A stretch of DNA of 64,000 bases from the human T2T-CHM13v2.0 reference genome, Homo sapiens (GCF_009914755.1 NC_060936.1); one strand, 5' to 3'. Counted from the first letter of the stretch, positions 12,743 to 26,825 are shown. Notes: generated by a model not told the origin, from the letters alone. Numbers and translations: made by a program.

Positions 12743-13635
12743 GATCATTGGTACTAAGCAGTGGGGCATTGCTATAGAGATACAGACAAATATGGAAACA
12801 GCTTTTGAACTGAGTAGTCAGCAGAGATTTGAAGAGTTTGGAGGCTCAGAAGAAGACAGGAAGATGAAGGAAAGTATGGAATTTTTAAGAGACTGGGTAA
12901 ATAATTGTGACTAAAATGCTGATAGTGATAGGAACAGTAAAATCCAGGCTGAGAAGGTCTCAGATGGAAATGACAGATTTATTGGGAGCTGGAACAAAGG
13001 TCACTTATGTTTTGCCTAAGCAAAGAACTTGGTTGGATTGTGTAAATGCCCTAGGGATATGTGGAAGTTTGAACTTGAGAGTGATTACCTAGGGTATCTG
13101 GCAAAATAAATTTCTAAGCAGCAGTATTCAAGATGTGACATGGCTGCTTCTAATAGCCTAGCTCAGATGTGGGAACAAAGAAATAAGTTGGAATTTATAT
13201 TTAAAAGAGAAGTAGAATGTAAATTTTGGAAAATTTGCAGCCTGGCTATGTGGAAGAAAAGAAAAGCCCATTTTCAGGAGAAAAATTCAAGCTGACGGCT
13301 GAGCAACCACTTACTAGAGAAATTTGCATAACTAAAAAGAAGGCAAGAGCTAATAGAGAAAACAATGAGGAAAAGGCCTTGAAAGTATTTTAGAGACCTA
13401 AGAAGCAGCCCCTCCCATCACAGGCCCTGAGGCCTAGGAGGACAGAATGGCTTCCTGAGCCAGGCTCAGAGCCCTGTTGCCCTGGGCAGCCTTGGGACAC
13501 TGCTTCCTGCATCCCAGCTGCTCCATTTCCAGCTGTGGCTCAAAGGGGCCCGGGTACAGCTCAGACCACTGATTCAGAGGGTGTAAGCCATAAGCCTTGG
13601 CAGGTACCATGTTGTGTTAAACCTGTGGGTGCACA
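12743..13635 (+). mobile_element. MST/THE1-type internal sequence, truncated (no 3' LTR)
   Basis: ttggtact…gtggggcattgctat…ggaggctcagaagaagacaggaagatg…aagccttggcag, typical of MaLR internal regions. Confidence 0.85.
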
Positions 13636-14414
13636 AGTTTTCCTAAGTTGACCAGGATAAGTATTTGGGTTTCTCAGGTGATGGGCAGTGTCATAAAGCT
13701 TCCAAGAATTTATACCTTTTGTCACAGTCTCCTTTTCATTTTCAGTTTTGCACTACTACCAGATATTTTTGAGTACACTTGTTCTGACTTAGCTGAATTT
13801 ATCTACTTTTGAAGTAGTATACTTATGATTTTCAGTAGCTAAATTTCAAGGCACATATGCGTGTAGAGTGAAGTTCATTGTAAGAGTAGTATAAATCAAT
13901 AGTGCAAAAATGCTTGTTGATAAATTTGTTTTTTTTTAAAAAAAATATGTAATCAACTCTTTGTTTTTACCTTATAATGAAAATGGGATAAAATGGAGTA
14001 TAATGGTTGAGGGATCTAAACATTTATAAATGTTAACTCCAATCTAATATTTTTTGCAGGAATCTTTTTAAGCTGTCTATTTATTTTGTGAAGATTGTTT
14101 AAACTAATATAATTTATAAATTGATTTAAGTTGGTGCTCAGGTGCTGTCATGTGTCCTTTTCCCTTGAAAGTGAACTAATGAGAAAGGCAGTGCTATTAT
14201 GACATCTATGGAACCATTAATCCCTGTTCATGGACCTTGATACATGAACAGAAGAGAATATCTTACATTGAATACTGAAAAAGCTTAATCTATTTCTTAT
14301 TGTACCAGGCAAAAATAAATATAAATAAACATTGTATTTTACTCGCCAATCTTCATGGATAGTCTTAAGCAAACTCAGGGGAAAGGACCCCATCATGGAA
14401 GACTTACTCTAAGT

Positions 14415-14581
14415 CTGTGATTCCCAAACTTTAATGTACATATAAGTAGTCTGAGGATCTTGTTAAAATGCATATTCTGATTCAGTTAGTCTAGAGCAGG
14501 TTCTGAGATTCTTCAGCTCTAACAAATCCTCAGATGATGCCAGTGCTGTTGATTCATGAACCACACCTTGGAGTAACAAGG
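14415..14581 (+). mobile_element. MER5A1-like element
   Basis: tcccaaactttaatgtaca…ggatcttgttaaaatgcatattctgattcag…gatgatgccagtgctg…accacaccttggagtaacaagg. Confidence 0.75.
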
Positions 14582-15867
14582 CTAGAGTGTGATAGTTTTC
14601 TCCCTAAACACAGATTGTTCATGGTCCTGCACTACTTGAGTAAAAACCCATAAAGCTATACAATATCCTTCAAGATTTATTTGCTTCCATCCTAACTTGC
14701 CTCCTGCCATTTCTCTTCATGGATCTTAGGCTTCCCCAAACACTGAGAATGCTTTATGATTCATTGAACACAATATTTTACACCTTTAGTCTAAGACCCA
14801 GTAATATAGAATAAGAAGGTCAGGAAGGAGGAAGGGAGAGATGACTGTTTAATAAAGTCTCAGAGTCAATGGTGATCTCAAATTTAGAAACTTAATGTCT
14901 TTGATGTTCTCAGGCTTAATATTTCTGATATTTCCAAGTGCTAAATTTTATCAATAGATAATCACTACAGAAAAATTTGTAAAAACTTTCTCCGGTACTC
15001 TTTGCCATTAAAAAAATGTTATATGTGATCTGAAAATGCAGCATATCTTTGTAATATAATGATAACAACCAACTGGTTATTTGGTACAAAAATCTGCATA
15101 CTTTATACAAGTGTTTAGTAGTTGTAAACTTTAAAAATAATTTTATAATTCAAGGCTGAAGATTTTGAAAGTTTTTTTTGTAAAGGTAAATTTAGAACTT
15201 TTGGTTATTTAATGTATTTTATAATGTTATATCTTCTGTAGAAATATTTTTTCTTGAAATATCATTATATTTATTTTTAATTGAGTGCAGAATCTTTAAT
15301 GGATGGATTTATGTTTCCAGTAACAAATGGAAGTGTTGGGGATGGAAATTACATTAAATATGAAAACTTACCTAGTAGTCAACAACTTATTAGACCCCTT
15401 TAGGGTGGTAGAGATCAGTATGTCAGGTTTAAAACAGTCTGAGATGTTAGAAGTGTCAGAAATAAAAGTTAGAGGTATTGTATTTACTTAGCTAATTTGG
15501 AGACTTTACAAATGATTTTTTGAAAGTATTATTTGCTATTATTATTAAATTGGACCTCTTGGGACAGAACCCACAAGTATAGCTTGGTTTTAATCTTTCT
15601 GTCTGCCTGGAGTTATATAGGAGTAGATACAGAGGAGTCTACTTTCAGTATGAATTTAGAATCATATACTCATAGAATTCAACGAGTTTGCCAAAATTTG
15701 GCTAATCTTAATCCTACATATATATTTCCTATACATATATGTGTATACTCACACACATATATTTTGATTTCTGATGTGTATATATGTAATATTATGCAGT
15801 ATATACACTCATATATACTCAGTATGTATATTTATATAATAGAAATATTATATAAATATAATATGTA

Positions 15868-15870
<3 letters not shown>

Positions 15871-15914
<44 letters not shown>

Positions 15915-15917
15915 AGA
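15871..15917. repeat. (AC)20 followed by (AG)n, preceded by TA-rich low-complexity sequence
   Basis: Direct reading. Confidence 0.97.
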
Positions 15918-18039
15918 CTCAGAGAGTTGGACATATGTTCCTTGAGTTGGTTAGCTTTCATCACATTCATTTTGGGGCATTCCCTGGTCAGGCTAGAAGG
16001 GTGGAAAGGTGGCCAGGCTGTAAGGGTTCCATCCCCATCCAGGACTGGAATATTCCAAATGCTACTGCAAAACATGAGCAGACACTTTTGTGCTCTTGGA
16101 CCTCTGTATTTTAATATAGCACTTCATGTTATGTGTATATTAGAGTACTGGCTTTCATTTTAATAACTATTTAAACAGATTCCAAGGACACAAATAAAAT
16201 ATTTGCATAGTATATTAGGAGGACAAGAAAAAACAAATAATGAGGAAGGTTATCATTTTCTTCATGGTAGTCTCCTGTTGCAAGTGTAGTGATCAGTTAC
16301 ATGTCGTTTTGAGCTAAAGAACCCTCATGCTCTATTAACTGTGGTGGTAGGAAAATGGCTCCTGGCAATTTTCTATTATGTCAATTCCCTGAGTATTTAC
16401 ATTAGGAGAAACATTTTTATGATTAGTACAAAAAAAAAATCTCTTCTCAGCATTTTCCCGTTATGGGTGCAAAGTGTTTTCCTCCTTATAAAATACAATT
16501 TAGGAGTATAACTTAGTGATTCACATTAGATACTGGAGCTTGGAGAGGTAAAGGATTCAGTTCAATATCTGCCTCATTATTAGTTCTTTCTGTATTTCAT
16601 TTCTTGATCTAATGTAAATTGAACTAGGGAATATTTGGAACACTAGTAATGGGTTTTGAAAAAAATCATTGAATAGAAGCTCTCAGAAACTCTTCTGTGA
16701 AAAAATTTGGGAAAGCCACTTTCTTTAAACTCTCAAGAAGATATTTATAACAAAGCATTAGGTACCTTCAGTAATGAAAGACATGGTTCATAATTTGATC
16801 AATGCCTCCCAGCTGATACATAATTCAACCTGAATGGGGCATGGCATTCATTTTTCTTCATGACATTGAATGACTTGATGGTATTTCGAACGGAAAGTCT
16901 ATAGGTTTGGAATATAAAAAAGATAAAGTATTTTAGTAGTATGCAGGCCGAGGACTAAATTGATAAGGTTCTATTTTTAGTTCCCTTAAAGGCAAATTAG
17001 CTTCATCTTAGTGTTAAAATGTAGTAAAGTAACACTATGTCATCATATTTTCCATTTCTGTAATTGTGCTGTTTTTAAATTATCTGTTCTTCTTTTTTCT
17101 CTCTGCCCTCATTACGCCAAGCACTCTCAGTTGTTCCTAGGAATCTATAAAATTCACAGTGAATTTCAGTATCTCCTGTTTATACAACTAGCTCTCTGAT
17201 AATCCATTCATTGTTTAGATGCCAGTTAATATTAAGTAATACTACGCACTGCAATAAGTGATTTAAAAAATTAAGCAACCTTTGGGTATCGGCGTTTTTT
17301 TTTTCCTCAGGGGCTTCAACAAGTATTTGATTTTGTTTGAAATTAATGCTATACAGTTTTAGACTAAGAACCAAACATTTGGTTCCTTTGGATTATATGT
17401 TTGCATTTTTTATTGAATGTTGTGTGAACTACTAGTACAGCTTATGCTAAGAGGAACTGGCCTTAAGGCACAATACATCTTTGTTTTCACTTTGCCAAGC
17501 CTACATAAATAATTTCTTTTAAAGGTAACCACTTCATACTCACACTGTCTAAAGTACATAAGAATTTGGAAATATGTTTTACTAACAACTGCAAATTTCA
17601 AGAGTTAGGAATGGTCATTTATAAATAGTATTGTTTTCATACTCCCTTCTACTGGAAATGTGAATCTGTCAATTAAAGAGTGTCAAAGAGCTATTCAAAC
17701 CGCTAAATTGATTTCCAGCTACCTCAGACTTTGAAAATAGGAGAGACTCCTGAGTTCCATGCTGTGGGATGGGCCCACTCAGCAACTGACACTCATTAAA
17801 GAGCCGATTATGAGAACCCCTAACAGAGCATTGGTTTTACCCTCCCTTCAGGTGATGGTGCTAATATATGTGATTCGATTTGGTGTTATATCTGTGTAAA
17901 ATATTTTACAATTTATTTGGGAAACCTGCTGAAAACAATATTGAATGAGCAACTAGTATTCTTTGAAACCGTTAATTAAAATTCAACTACTTGATTATAT
18001 ATTGCCGGTGTTTTATAAATATACCTAAGATATTCATAG

Positions 18040-18610
18040 ACACTGTCAACTCTTCCCTCCCCTGTGGATGGATCACTACTCTTAAATGATGCGATGTCAC
18101 ACTTTCCTGATTTTCTTTCCCCTTTTCATGACAGCATCTTGTCAGTATGCTTTGTGGGCCCCACCCCAGTTGCCTTCGTCCTCTGCCTGTCTCTTAAATC
18201 TCAGTGCTCCTCAGACGTCTGTCTTAGCCCTCTTCTCTACTCAGCATTGGTCATGGTCTCCTCCCATCTATGTGTTGATGACTTCTTAAATCTTTTCCCC
18301 GACCCCAGCCTCTCCCCAATGCATCAGACTTCTACATTCAGCCTCTTAGTAGATATCTCTATTTGGATGTTCTAGGGGTGACTCAAACTCAGTATGTCCA
18401 AAGCAGGATTTGTCAGTGTGTGCTTCAGTCATATTGATCTAGTTTTTTTGATTACTGAAAGTATTGTGTTGTCTCTTCTTTGCCTATGCTACCTCCTTAA
18501 CCTGAAATACACTTCCCCTCTGGCTACCCACTATTGACTCAACAGATCCCATAATTGGCATTCTCTAAGGAAGCTTTTTCTCATTCTTATGTCAATATTA
18601 GAGACTTCTT
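18040..18610 (+). mobile_element. L2 fragment
   Basis: tgttgatgacttc…ccagcctctcccc…gatatctctatttggatgttc…ctcaaactcagtatgtccaaa. Confidence 0.75.
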
Positions 18611-18661
18611 TTACAGAATAATGGTAATAATTATAAAGGTAATGATGATGATGATAATAAC

Positions 18662-19120
18662 TGTATTAGTTCCCTATTGATGCGATAATAAATTAGCACT
18701 TAATTAGTGGCTTAACACAACACAAATTTATTATCTTACAATTATGTAGGCTGAAAGTCTGACACTACTCTCACTGGAGGCTTTAGGGGAAAATCACTAC
18801 ATTTTCTGAACTATTCCAGTTTTTAGAGACTGCACTCCTCAGCTCATGGTCCCCTTCTATCTTCAAAGCCAGCAATGCCTGGTAGAATCTTTCTAACATT
18901 TCCTCAATCTGACACTGACTCTCCTCCCATCTCCTGCTTTCACTTTTTAAGACACTTGTGATGATATTGGGTCCACCTGTATAATCCAGGATATTCTTCC
19001 CATCTTAATTTCAGCTGATTAGCAATCTTAATTCTGTGTGCAACCTTAATTCCCCTTTGCCAAGTAACCTAATATAGTCACAGGTTCCAGGAATGAGGAC
19101 CTGGACATCTTTTATCCACA
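18662..19120 (-). mobile_element. MLT1 (MaLR) solo LTR
   Basis: tgtattagttccctattg…ggcttaacacaacacaaatttattatcttaca…gtcacaggttccagg…ggacctggacatct…ccaca. Confidence 0.85.
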
Positions 19121-19206
19121 ATAGCTAACAGTTATTAATAACTTAACACTTGCTAGGTACTGTTCTAAGCACGCCACATATATTAATTCATACAGTTGTC
19201 AAGAAC

Positions 19207-19953
19207 TGTTAGGAGTCTAAGGTTTTACCTTATCCTACTTGTAATATCAACTAGTCAGACCACCACTGTTTCGTGAATGCTGGCAGAAGTCATGAAACTC
19301 TTGGATTAGAAATAAAAGACATTATTGTTCTAGCTACAGTAGTAGCTAGAGTATAAGCATTTTTTTTATTCTTTTAGAGACAGGGTCTCACTCTGTTGCC
19401 TAGGCTGGAGTGCAGTGACATTATAGCTCACTGCAGCCTCGACCTCCTGGGCTCAAGCAATCCTCCAACCTCAGCCTCCAAAGTAGCTAGGACTACAGGT
19501 TTGCACCACCATGCCCAGCTAATTTGTTATTTTAGCAGGAACAATGTCTGACTATGTTGCCCAGACTGGTCTTGAACTCCTGGGATCAGGTGATCCTGTT
19601 GCCTCGGCTTCTCAATGTACTGGGATTACAGGTATGAGCCACTGTGTCCTGCTGGTATCATCAATTTTTTGTGCCAGTTCCCAGAGCCCTAATTCCCAAG
19701 AGTGACACACACAGGTCCAGCTGATACCTGCACATGCAGTGGATTATATGATAGGTGAATATACCTGACCCTAGGGAATGTGGTTCTTTTATAAGTGATA
19801 GTATGTATGCCTTTTGCTCTGGAGAGCCTACTATCTCCGTTTTTGCTATACAAAACCGTCCTTAAAAAGAAAGTGTGGAACAAAAAGCAGTCAGTGCCTG
19901 TTCTCATAAGATATACAGAAATGTAAGAGACCCTTGAGAATTGTGTTTCAACA
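19207..19953 (-). mobile_element. ERVL solo LTR (LTR40-like) inserted in a MIR and interrupted by AluJ
   Basis: TG…CA termini. Minus-strand start tgttgaaacacaattctcaagggtctcttacatttctg resembles LTR40. Flanks agaac/ataac. MIR pieces at ~19120-19200 and ~19955-20090. Confidence 0.7.
19360..19653 (-). mobile_element. AluJ
   Basis: J-type ctcactgcagcctcgacctcctgggctcaagcaatcctcc. Confidence 0.93.
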
Positions 19954-21631
19954 ATAACACTCACAGTAGTCCTGCAAAATAGTTGCAATTATATTCATCT
20001 TCATTTTACAGGTGAGGAAAATGATGGGTAGAGAGGATCAGTAATGTGCTGGGGCAGAATTGAGTTCATGTTCTTAATCCCTGCTCTATGCTGTAGCCAT
20101 TATACTGTGCACTCATTGTAGCATATGCACTGCATTGTAATTGCCATCATGTGTGTCTATAATATGTATGCTTTTTGACTTGTTTGTAACCCCCATTGGT
20201 TTTTAAGCTCCATGAAAATTTAAGGGGACTTTGTCTTTATTGTTCAGTGTTTATATGCCCAGCCTAAATCAGTCTGGCCAGTATTAGGTAATGAGCAAGT
20301 ATTTTTGGAATAAATGAAAATACACTGTAAATGAAACCTTAATAGGAAGGAACCTTACATTCAACCTGTATTCTCTGAGATAACAGCAAATCTTTGTTAT
20401 ATAACAAGTATTAGTCAACTTGGGCTGTCACCAGTGGATGGCAAGAAGGGGTCATTTAATGTCTTTTCTGTGTTCATACCTAGTCATGTTTCTTAAAGCA
20501 AAGACTGATTTTGTAAGTACTAGACGCACAACAAAAAATGCACAATATGATGGTGAGAATCAAAGTAGCACTAATTTTAAAAATTAAAGGGGTGAGAAAC
20601 TGACAAATGTTCCCTGTGCATATGGGATCTATCCTTTGGCATAGAAAGCCTTTTTCAGGGAAAAAGGAAATCAAGCAACACATGTAAAGTGTTCTTCCAT
20701 TGCAATTGACAGTAATCAGTAAATGTCGAGGAAAATTGATTGCTGAAATGAAAAAAAAATCTTTTGAATGTGTGGCAGGAGGATCAGCAAAAACACTGGC
20801 TGCCTATTATGGCCTAATGCTAATTCAGGAGAATGCTAGAAGTTCGAGAACTTGTAAGCTAAGCTTCTGAATACAAGTAGTGCTGATGAAAGTTCTGTTA
20901 CAACCCACAATGTGTAGCTGAAACTAGTCTGCTTTAAATGAATGATGCCCAGATAAAAAGACCATCAGGAGAAAAATGTATTCTGCTTTAAAGCTTTGAA
21001 GGACTGACTCCTAAATTTGGTAGGAATGTATCTAAGGATAGCAAAGTTTAACTTCTTTGTCAAACAAACTGAAAAAGAGTCATTCAGTACCTAACTGGTT
21101 TATGAGTAAAAATCTTGAGAATATACCCTTGAAAGGAAGAAAAAGAATGGTAGTTCTCATTTTATAAATATTAGTTATGGGTTACTTCTATAAATTTTAT
21201 CTTATTAATATTACTGTTTTAAATGTAGTTTATATTTTTACTAGCCCCATATATTAATCTTCAGAGCAAGATGTTCCATTTTTTATTCTTAAACACAAAT
21301 GCATATAGACAGTCTTGAGCAACAACCAGTCATGGTATAATCAAAATACAACTTTTTTTTTTTTTTAGCCTACTATGCCTTTAAAATTAGTGTCCCTGGA
21401 TGATAATATGAGCATATCCTATAATGTTTGTTGGCTCAATCTTAAGTAGGATCTATGTTGTTTTAAATCATAATATAAAATTTCAATTTGAAAATTAAAA
21501 TCTATAATGGAACATATTAACCTAAACTTCATCTTTGTTTGAAAATAAGACTCCTCCTCCTCTCTTTCCTGAGGCCTATGATGCATTCAATTCCCCAAGG
21601 TGGGGAAGAACTGGAAAGATCTCAAATAGTG

Positions 21632-21830
21632 ATAACATTTATCATGCTTACTATGTAGGACTAAGTGCTTTACATGGTATAACTCATTTAATCTTCACAG
21701 CAACTTGCAAAGCGGGTACTGTTAATATCCCCATGTTATCAATAAGGAAGTGAAAGCTGAGAGAGGCTAAACAATTTGGGTTTGGATCCCAAACCCAGTA
21801 TGGACTCCACAACTTGCAGCTTTAAACATT
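21632..21830 (-). mobile_element. MIR
   Basis: actcatttaatcttcacagcaac…atccccatgtt…gctgagagaggctaa. Confidence 0.75.
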
Positions 21831-22399
21831 ATATCCATTGCCTTCTGCCAAGAAGATCTGAGAAGCAGAGCTGGAAAAATAACTTGGATTGTGATTGAGA
21901 TGCTGCTAGAGTACAGCCTGGTGACAACATTGAAGGTGAAATTCAAAGAGTGAAGTGGGGCAGGAAACAGAAGTAAGAGTTAGGTCAGAAGCTTGCAGAT
22001 TTGAGCACAAGATGGTTTTGGATTGGAAGAATCAATAGGCATAGAGCCCATCTGTGAATCGGAAGGGAATGCATCTGAGTGATACTTTGCATAGGAGTAG
22101 AGAGGTGATTTAGAAGAGCCGCAGAGCTCTTTACATGGCAGAGTGAAACCATGGAATTCATGACCAGAGCTGTTGAACCTAAGGCCCTTTCCTGGGTGGT
22201 GTTGGTAGTGGTTATACATCTGTGTGGCTTATGATTGCAGGCAAAACTAGTTGTAAGCTATATTTAGCATGACTTGCCATCAAAGGTAACTATTCATTTA
22301 TTTTTCAGTTACCTTTTGAATATTAGCCATATGCTTGGTACTATGCTAGCACTGCAAATGAACAGTTAAGATTAAAACTGCCCTGTCTTGGATTGGGTT

Positions 22400-22700
22400 G
22401 ATGTTTCGCTTAGATACTAATTTTCTTAAACTTTTCCTGGTCATTTGATCAAATGTATTCTGCCTCCAACTCTGTTATTCTTTAACATACCATGTGTAAT
22501 TTTCATGATAGCCCCAATTGCAGTCTCATATTATCTATTTGTCTATTTGTGTATTATTTGGCCCCCTGCCCTACCTGCACTCCCCAACCCCTCAAACCTG
22601 GAACATGAGCTTGGACACAGCAGCATCTTTGTTAGTCTCCTTCTCTGCTGGAACAGAGTAAGGACTCAACAAACTTTACTGAGTGAGTGAATGAATGCCT
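22400..22700 (+). mobile_element. L2 3' end
   Basis: Ends actcaacaaactttactgagtgagtgaatgaatg. Confidence 0.6.
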
Positions 22701-23998
22701 AATTCAAAGAAGTACCTTATGTGTACAAGGAAAACCAGAAAGAACAAATTTATAGAATTTATTCTGTTCTGAAACCACAACTTCTAATATTAATGTATGG
22801 CACTTTAGATTTTCTGAGCAAAAATATCTTACATTCAATCAGAGACCAGTGCTGCTTTTCAGGAAAATGCCACATCCCCTGACTACACTAGGGGCTCAGC
22901 AGCAGGTCTGTTTTCTGCCTAGGCATGGAAGGATTGGCTGCTGAGGTGATGCTCCTGAATTGCTAGGATATTTATTTCTTCAGCATTAAAACTCTTGTCT
23001 TCCAGAACTTTCTATCCCTTTTCCCTCAGGATTAAGGTTGAAGTCTGGGGCATTCAGGTTCTGATCTTATTATAGACTTATGAATCTCAAATTAGCTAAA
23101 TAAATGGATGACAAATCTAGAATGAACTGATAAGTTTGAGTGTGGACAACTGGAAGGCAGAAATTGGCTGGTGAAGAAATATTGCCAGGAAAAGTCAGTA
23201 CTGTAGGTAGTATGGCTTAGGCAAAAGGAAAAGTATGAGAGAAAGTAGGACAATTGATAACTATCTGAGGTCACATATCAGAGAGCATCTCCTGTACTCT
23301 TCTCACACTTAGAGTGTGGAGTGTGAGCTTGATCATGTAGCAGAGAATATTTGAGCTGGAGGATACCAGACTCTTTCACACTGGAGCCAGGGCTTAGAGG
23401 AGCTCAAAGCTGGGGCAAAGCATCTTATTCTGGACTGATTATCATGACCTGTGAGATAAGAATCTGACTGTGGCAGACAGGAGAGAACTGTTATTGCACA
23501 CATTTTTGTTAGTGATTATTTAATAATTTGGAATATATTAGAGTGCATTTCTAGCTTACAAGATTATTCATCAGAAGGGTAATAAGGCAACACTTTCACT
23601 AATGCTGGAGACTGGATTTCAGTTAGTATGTACTATTGAACAGACCTCATTTAGTGATTCTTTGGACCTTTTGCAAAGTTGTGAGGTTTCTCCCTGCATG
23701 ATGTTCTCAGGGCAATGGGCCATTTTATTTTATGAGGGCTGACTTTCCCTAGAGGGCAAAACAAAAAGCTGCAAGGCTTTCTTAACTTTCCTTTAGTATG
23801 TACTATTAAGCCAGATTAAAAGGGGAGAGGCTTACACAAGGAGGCCCAGCACACTGGGGGCCTATCAAATGGCAGCCTACTACAAGATGCTTAGATATTT
23901 TCATCTAGTGCTCAAAGAGAGCAGTCTGGGCATGTGGGTGGTGATGGATGATGTTAAAGTGGATGAAAACACTCAAAGAAAATAAGTAGTAGAGTAAG

Positions 23999-24274
23999 TG
24001 TCTTAGTCCATTTATGCTGCTATAACCAAATACCTGAGACTGGGTAATTTACAGATAATAGAAATTTATTTCTTATAATTCTGGAGGCTGAGAAGTCCAA
24101 GATACGGCACAGGCAGGTTTGATGTCTGGTAGGGTCTGCTCTCTGCTTTCAAGATGACTCTTTGTTGCTGCATTCTCCGGAGGGGATGAATGTTGTATCT
24201 TCACATGGCAGAAGAGACCCACAGAGATTACATTTCAACATGAATTTTGGAGGGGACACATTTAAACCATAGCA
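23999..24274 (-). mobile_element. MST/MLT1A-type MaLR solo LTR, internally deleted
   Basis: tgtcttagtccatttatgctgctataacc…gagactgggtaattt…atttcaacatgaattttggaggggacacatttaaaccatagca. Confidence 0.85.
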
Positions 24275-24945
24275 GTTGGTAAAACAAAACAACACAGAAG
24301 CCACAGATGTAAATCCTGGAAACTTTGATTTTCAAAAGTCAGAAAGTGGCAAGAAAATGAAAAACAAAGCAAAACAAAACAAGAAGAAGGGCTAATCTGA
24401 GAAGTGGAGGAAAAACATGGATATTCTGTTATTATAGACACTAGCCTACCATATGATAATTCTCAGCAATGCCAAAAAAATGATGAATTCTGGGAAGTGT
24501 CCATGAGAGTTGTGAATTTAGTTATTCAGAGCTGTTTCAGGATAGTGTTAAGAATAGAAGGCAAATTATAGTGCATTGAGGGTGAGTAGGAGGCAAACAA
24601 GTAGAGCAAGTCAGATTTTTGTTAATTTATGTTATCACATTCACTAGTATTATATGAATTATTTCATATCTGTCTATAGTTTTTTGTACTATACTATTTA
24701 ATTGGAAGCAGACTACTATGCATAATTTTATCAAGCATTTTCTTTGAATTTCCAAGTAAATTAGATTCTGAAACATTTGAATTTTCTTCTGTTTTCAAGG
24801 CATATGAAGGAGTTATGGGTATACATTTTAATGGGTATAGTCTCATAACAAATTTCTTTTGCAAAAATTAAAATAATTTAATTCGTTGTGAATTAATGTT
24901 ATCTGCCTTAAATAAACAAAAGAATATTTTTGTTACTGAGCTTCC

Positions 24946-25440
24946 TTTTTTTTTTATTAGCTTCATTCAGGTACAGTAATGTACAGTAAGCTGTCCATAT
25001 TTAAAGTATGCAGTTTGGTGCCTTAACACATGTATACACACAGGAAATTATCACCATAATGAACATATTCATCACTCCCAAAAGTTTCCCATCGCTATCT
25101 TCTAACTCCTCCCATCTTTGTCCCCAGGCAACCTCTGATGTGCTTTCTGACTCTATAGATTAGTTTGCATTTTCTGGAATTTTACATAAATGGCATGAAT
25201 CATAGAGTAGATATAGCTTTCTTCTTTTTTTATTCCATATAACTGTTTTGAGATTCAACCATGTTGTGGACTGTAACCATAGTTCATTTCTTTTTATTGC
25301 TGAGTAGTATTTTGTTGCATGGATATACCATACTTTATTTATTCACCTATTGATGGACATTTGAGTTGTTCCTAGTTTTTAGCTACTGGAAATAGGCTTT
25401 TATGAATATTTGTGTACAAATGTTTGTGTAGATATATGCT
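24946..25440 (-). mobile_element. L1MB/L1MC 3' end
   Basis: T tail; ccccaggcaacctctgat…tatagattagtttgcattttctgg…gctgagtagtatt…gatggacatttgagttg. Confidence 0.8.
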
Positions 25441-26369
25441 TGATATAGGTGCTCTTAAATTATAAACCTATCATATAAGATTCCTTAAGTTGTGAAGACA
25501 TAGAACAGAGCCACAATTAAAAATACTTCTCCATAGTTGCTTCAACAAAATCTAAGTTGCTTCAATACACGGTTATAAGGTTAGTAGCATACAATGTTTT
25601 CTTTATTTTTTCCCTACTCTGCCGTTTATAATCATGGTTCCTCATATTTATTATAAAACCTGTGTGTATATAAGAAGCTGTCCTCTACTACTGATCTGTT
25701 TTACTCTATTCTTTAATGATTTTAATTTGACTCTGGCTCCATTTGCTGAAGAGTCCTTGTTTGGTTGATCTGTAATCTTGTTACCCAGGCCTGACTTTTG
25801 TGACCTCATACCTTTCGATACCAGTATGTAACCAGCTGCCTGCTTAGGTCACCAGTGCCTGATATCTTTATCACCGGCCTCCAATTGTTTCCACACCATA
25901 TCTGCTTATGCTGTTAGTCAGGCTTTTGCTATCTGACAACTGCCCCCAAGTCTACCTTCCTCTTTATTCCAAACTCCTAGACTGCACCTGGTTCATATGT
26001 ATAGAGTCTTCTTCCTGTGCTATTTGAGCCAATCCAAATCCCAATGTGTGGCTTGATATGCTAGCTTAGCCTTGACGACCGACTACTCTTGGCTTCTGGA
26101 GGACTACAGCTTATGGAATTGCCTCTACTTTGTCACAGGCTTGGGTCAGAAGGCTTGTTCCTTAGTCACATGTTGCTACAAGTAAATGACACCAGGCCTG
26201 CTACTGTTGTTGCCATCTACCGGTGACAAAGTTGACACACTGTGGTCCTGTTATCTGGTTTGTTCATATTTAGACAAGGTGTTAAGGTAAAATCTTATAT
26301 AAAATAATATCTATTGGTTATGAACTTACAATTCATACCAGTTCTCTGATCTATGTTCCTCCTCTTTAT

Positions 26370-26790
26370 GTATTTCAGCCACATCACCCTTCTTTGTCAA
26401 GCATATTTCTCTCATTTTCACCTTAGGGCCTTTGCATTTGTTGTCGTCTCTTAGAATGCACTTCTGATTTCAAACAAGCTAGCCTCTACCATTATTCACA
26501 TCTCAGATGAAATGTGACTACCTTAGAGAGGGCTGCCTTGACCACACCACACCCACCCCATCGATCAATCACTATCTTACTCTGTTACATTTTCTTTGTA
26601 GCATTTATCATTTACTAATTTTCTCATTCATTTATTACTTGTTAATTGACGTCCTGCACACGCTCACATATGCATGTAAGCACCATGACGATAGAGAGCA
26701 AGGAGCTTGCAGAACAAGGCAAAACTGCGTCTATATTGAGCAAAGGAGATGCTCAATGAGTATTTGTTGTATATATGAATGCATAGATTA
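26370..26790 (+). mobile_element. L2 3' end
   Basis: cttagggcctttgcatttg…tctcagatgaaatgtgac…tgctcaatgagtatttgttg. Confidence 0.7.
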
Positions 26791-26825
26791 CCTGTTTCTG
26801 CCCGTTGATATCCTATTTACCTTTT

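Noticed and set aside
25690-26280. GC-richer segment (also 28360-28690 and 54100-54320), possible exon or novel element
   Set aside because: No M1-peptidase similarity or convincing spliced frame; probably very old LTR/L1 remnants that I cannot name.
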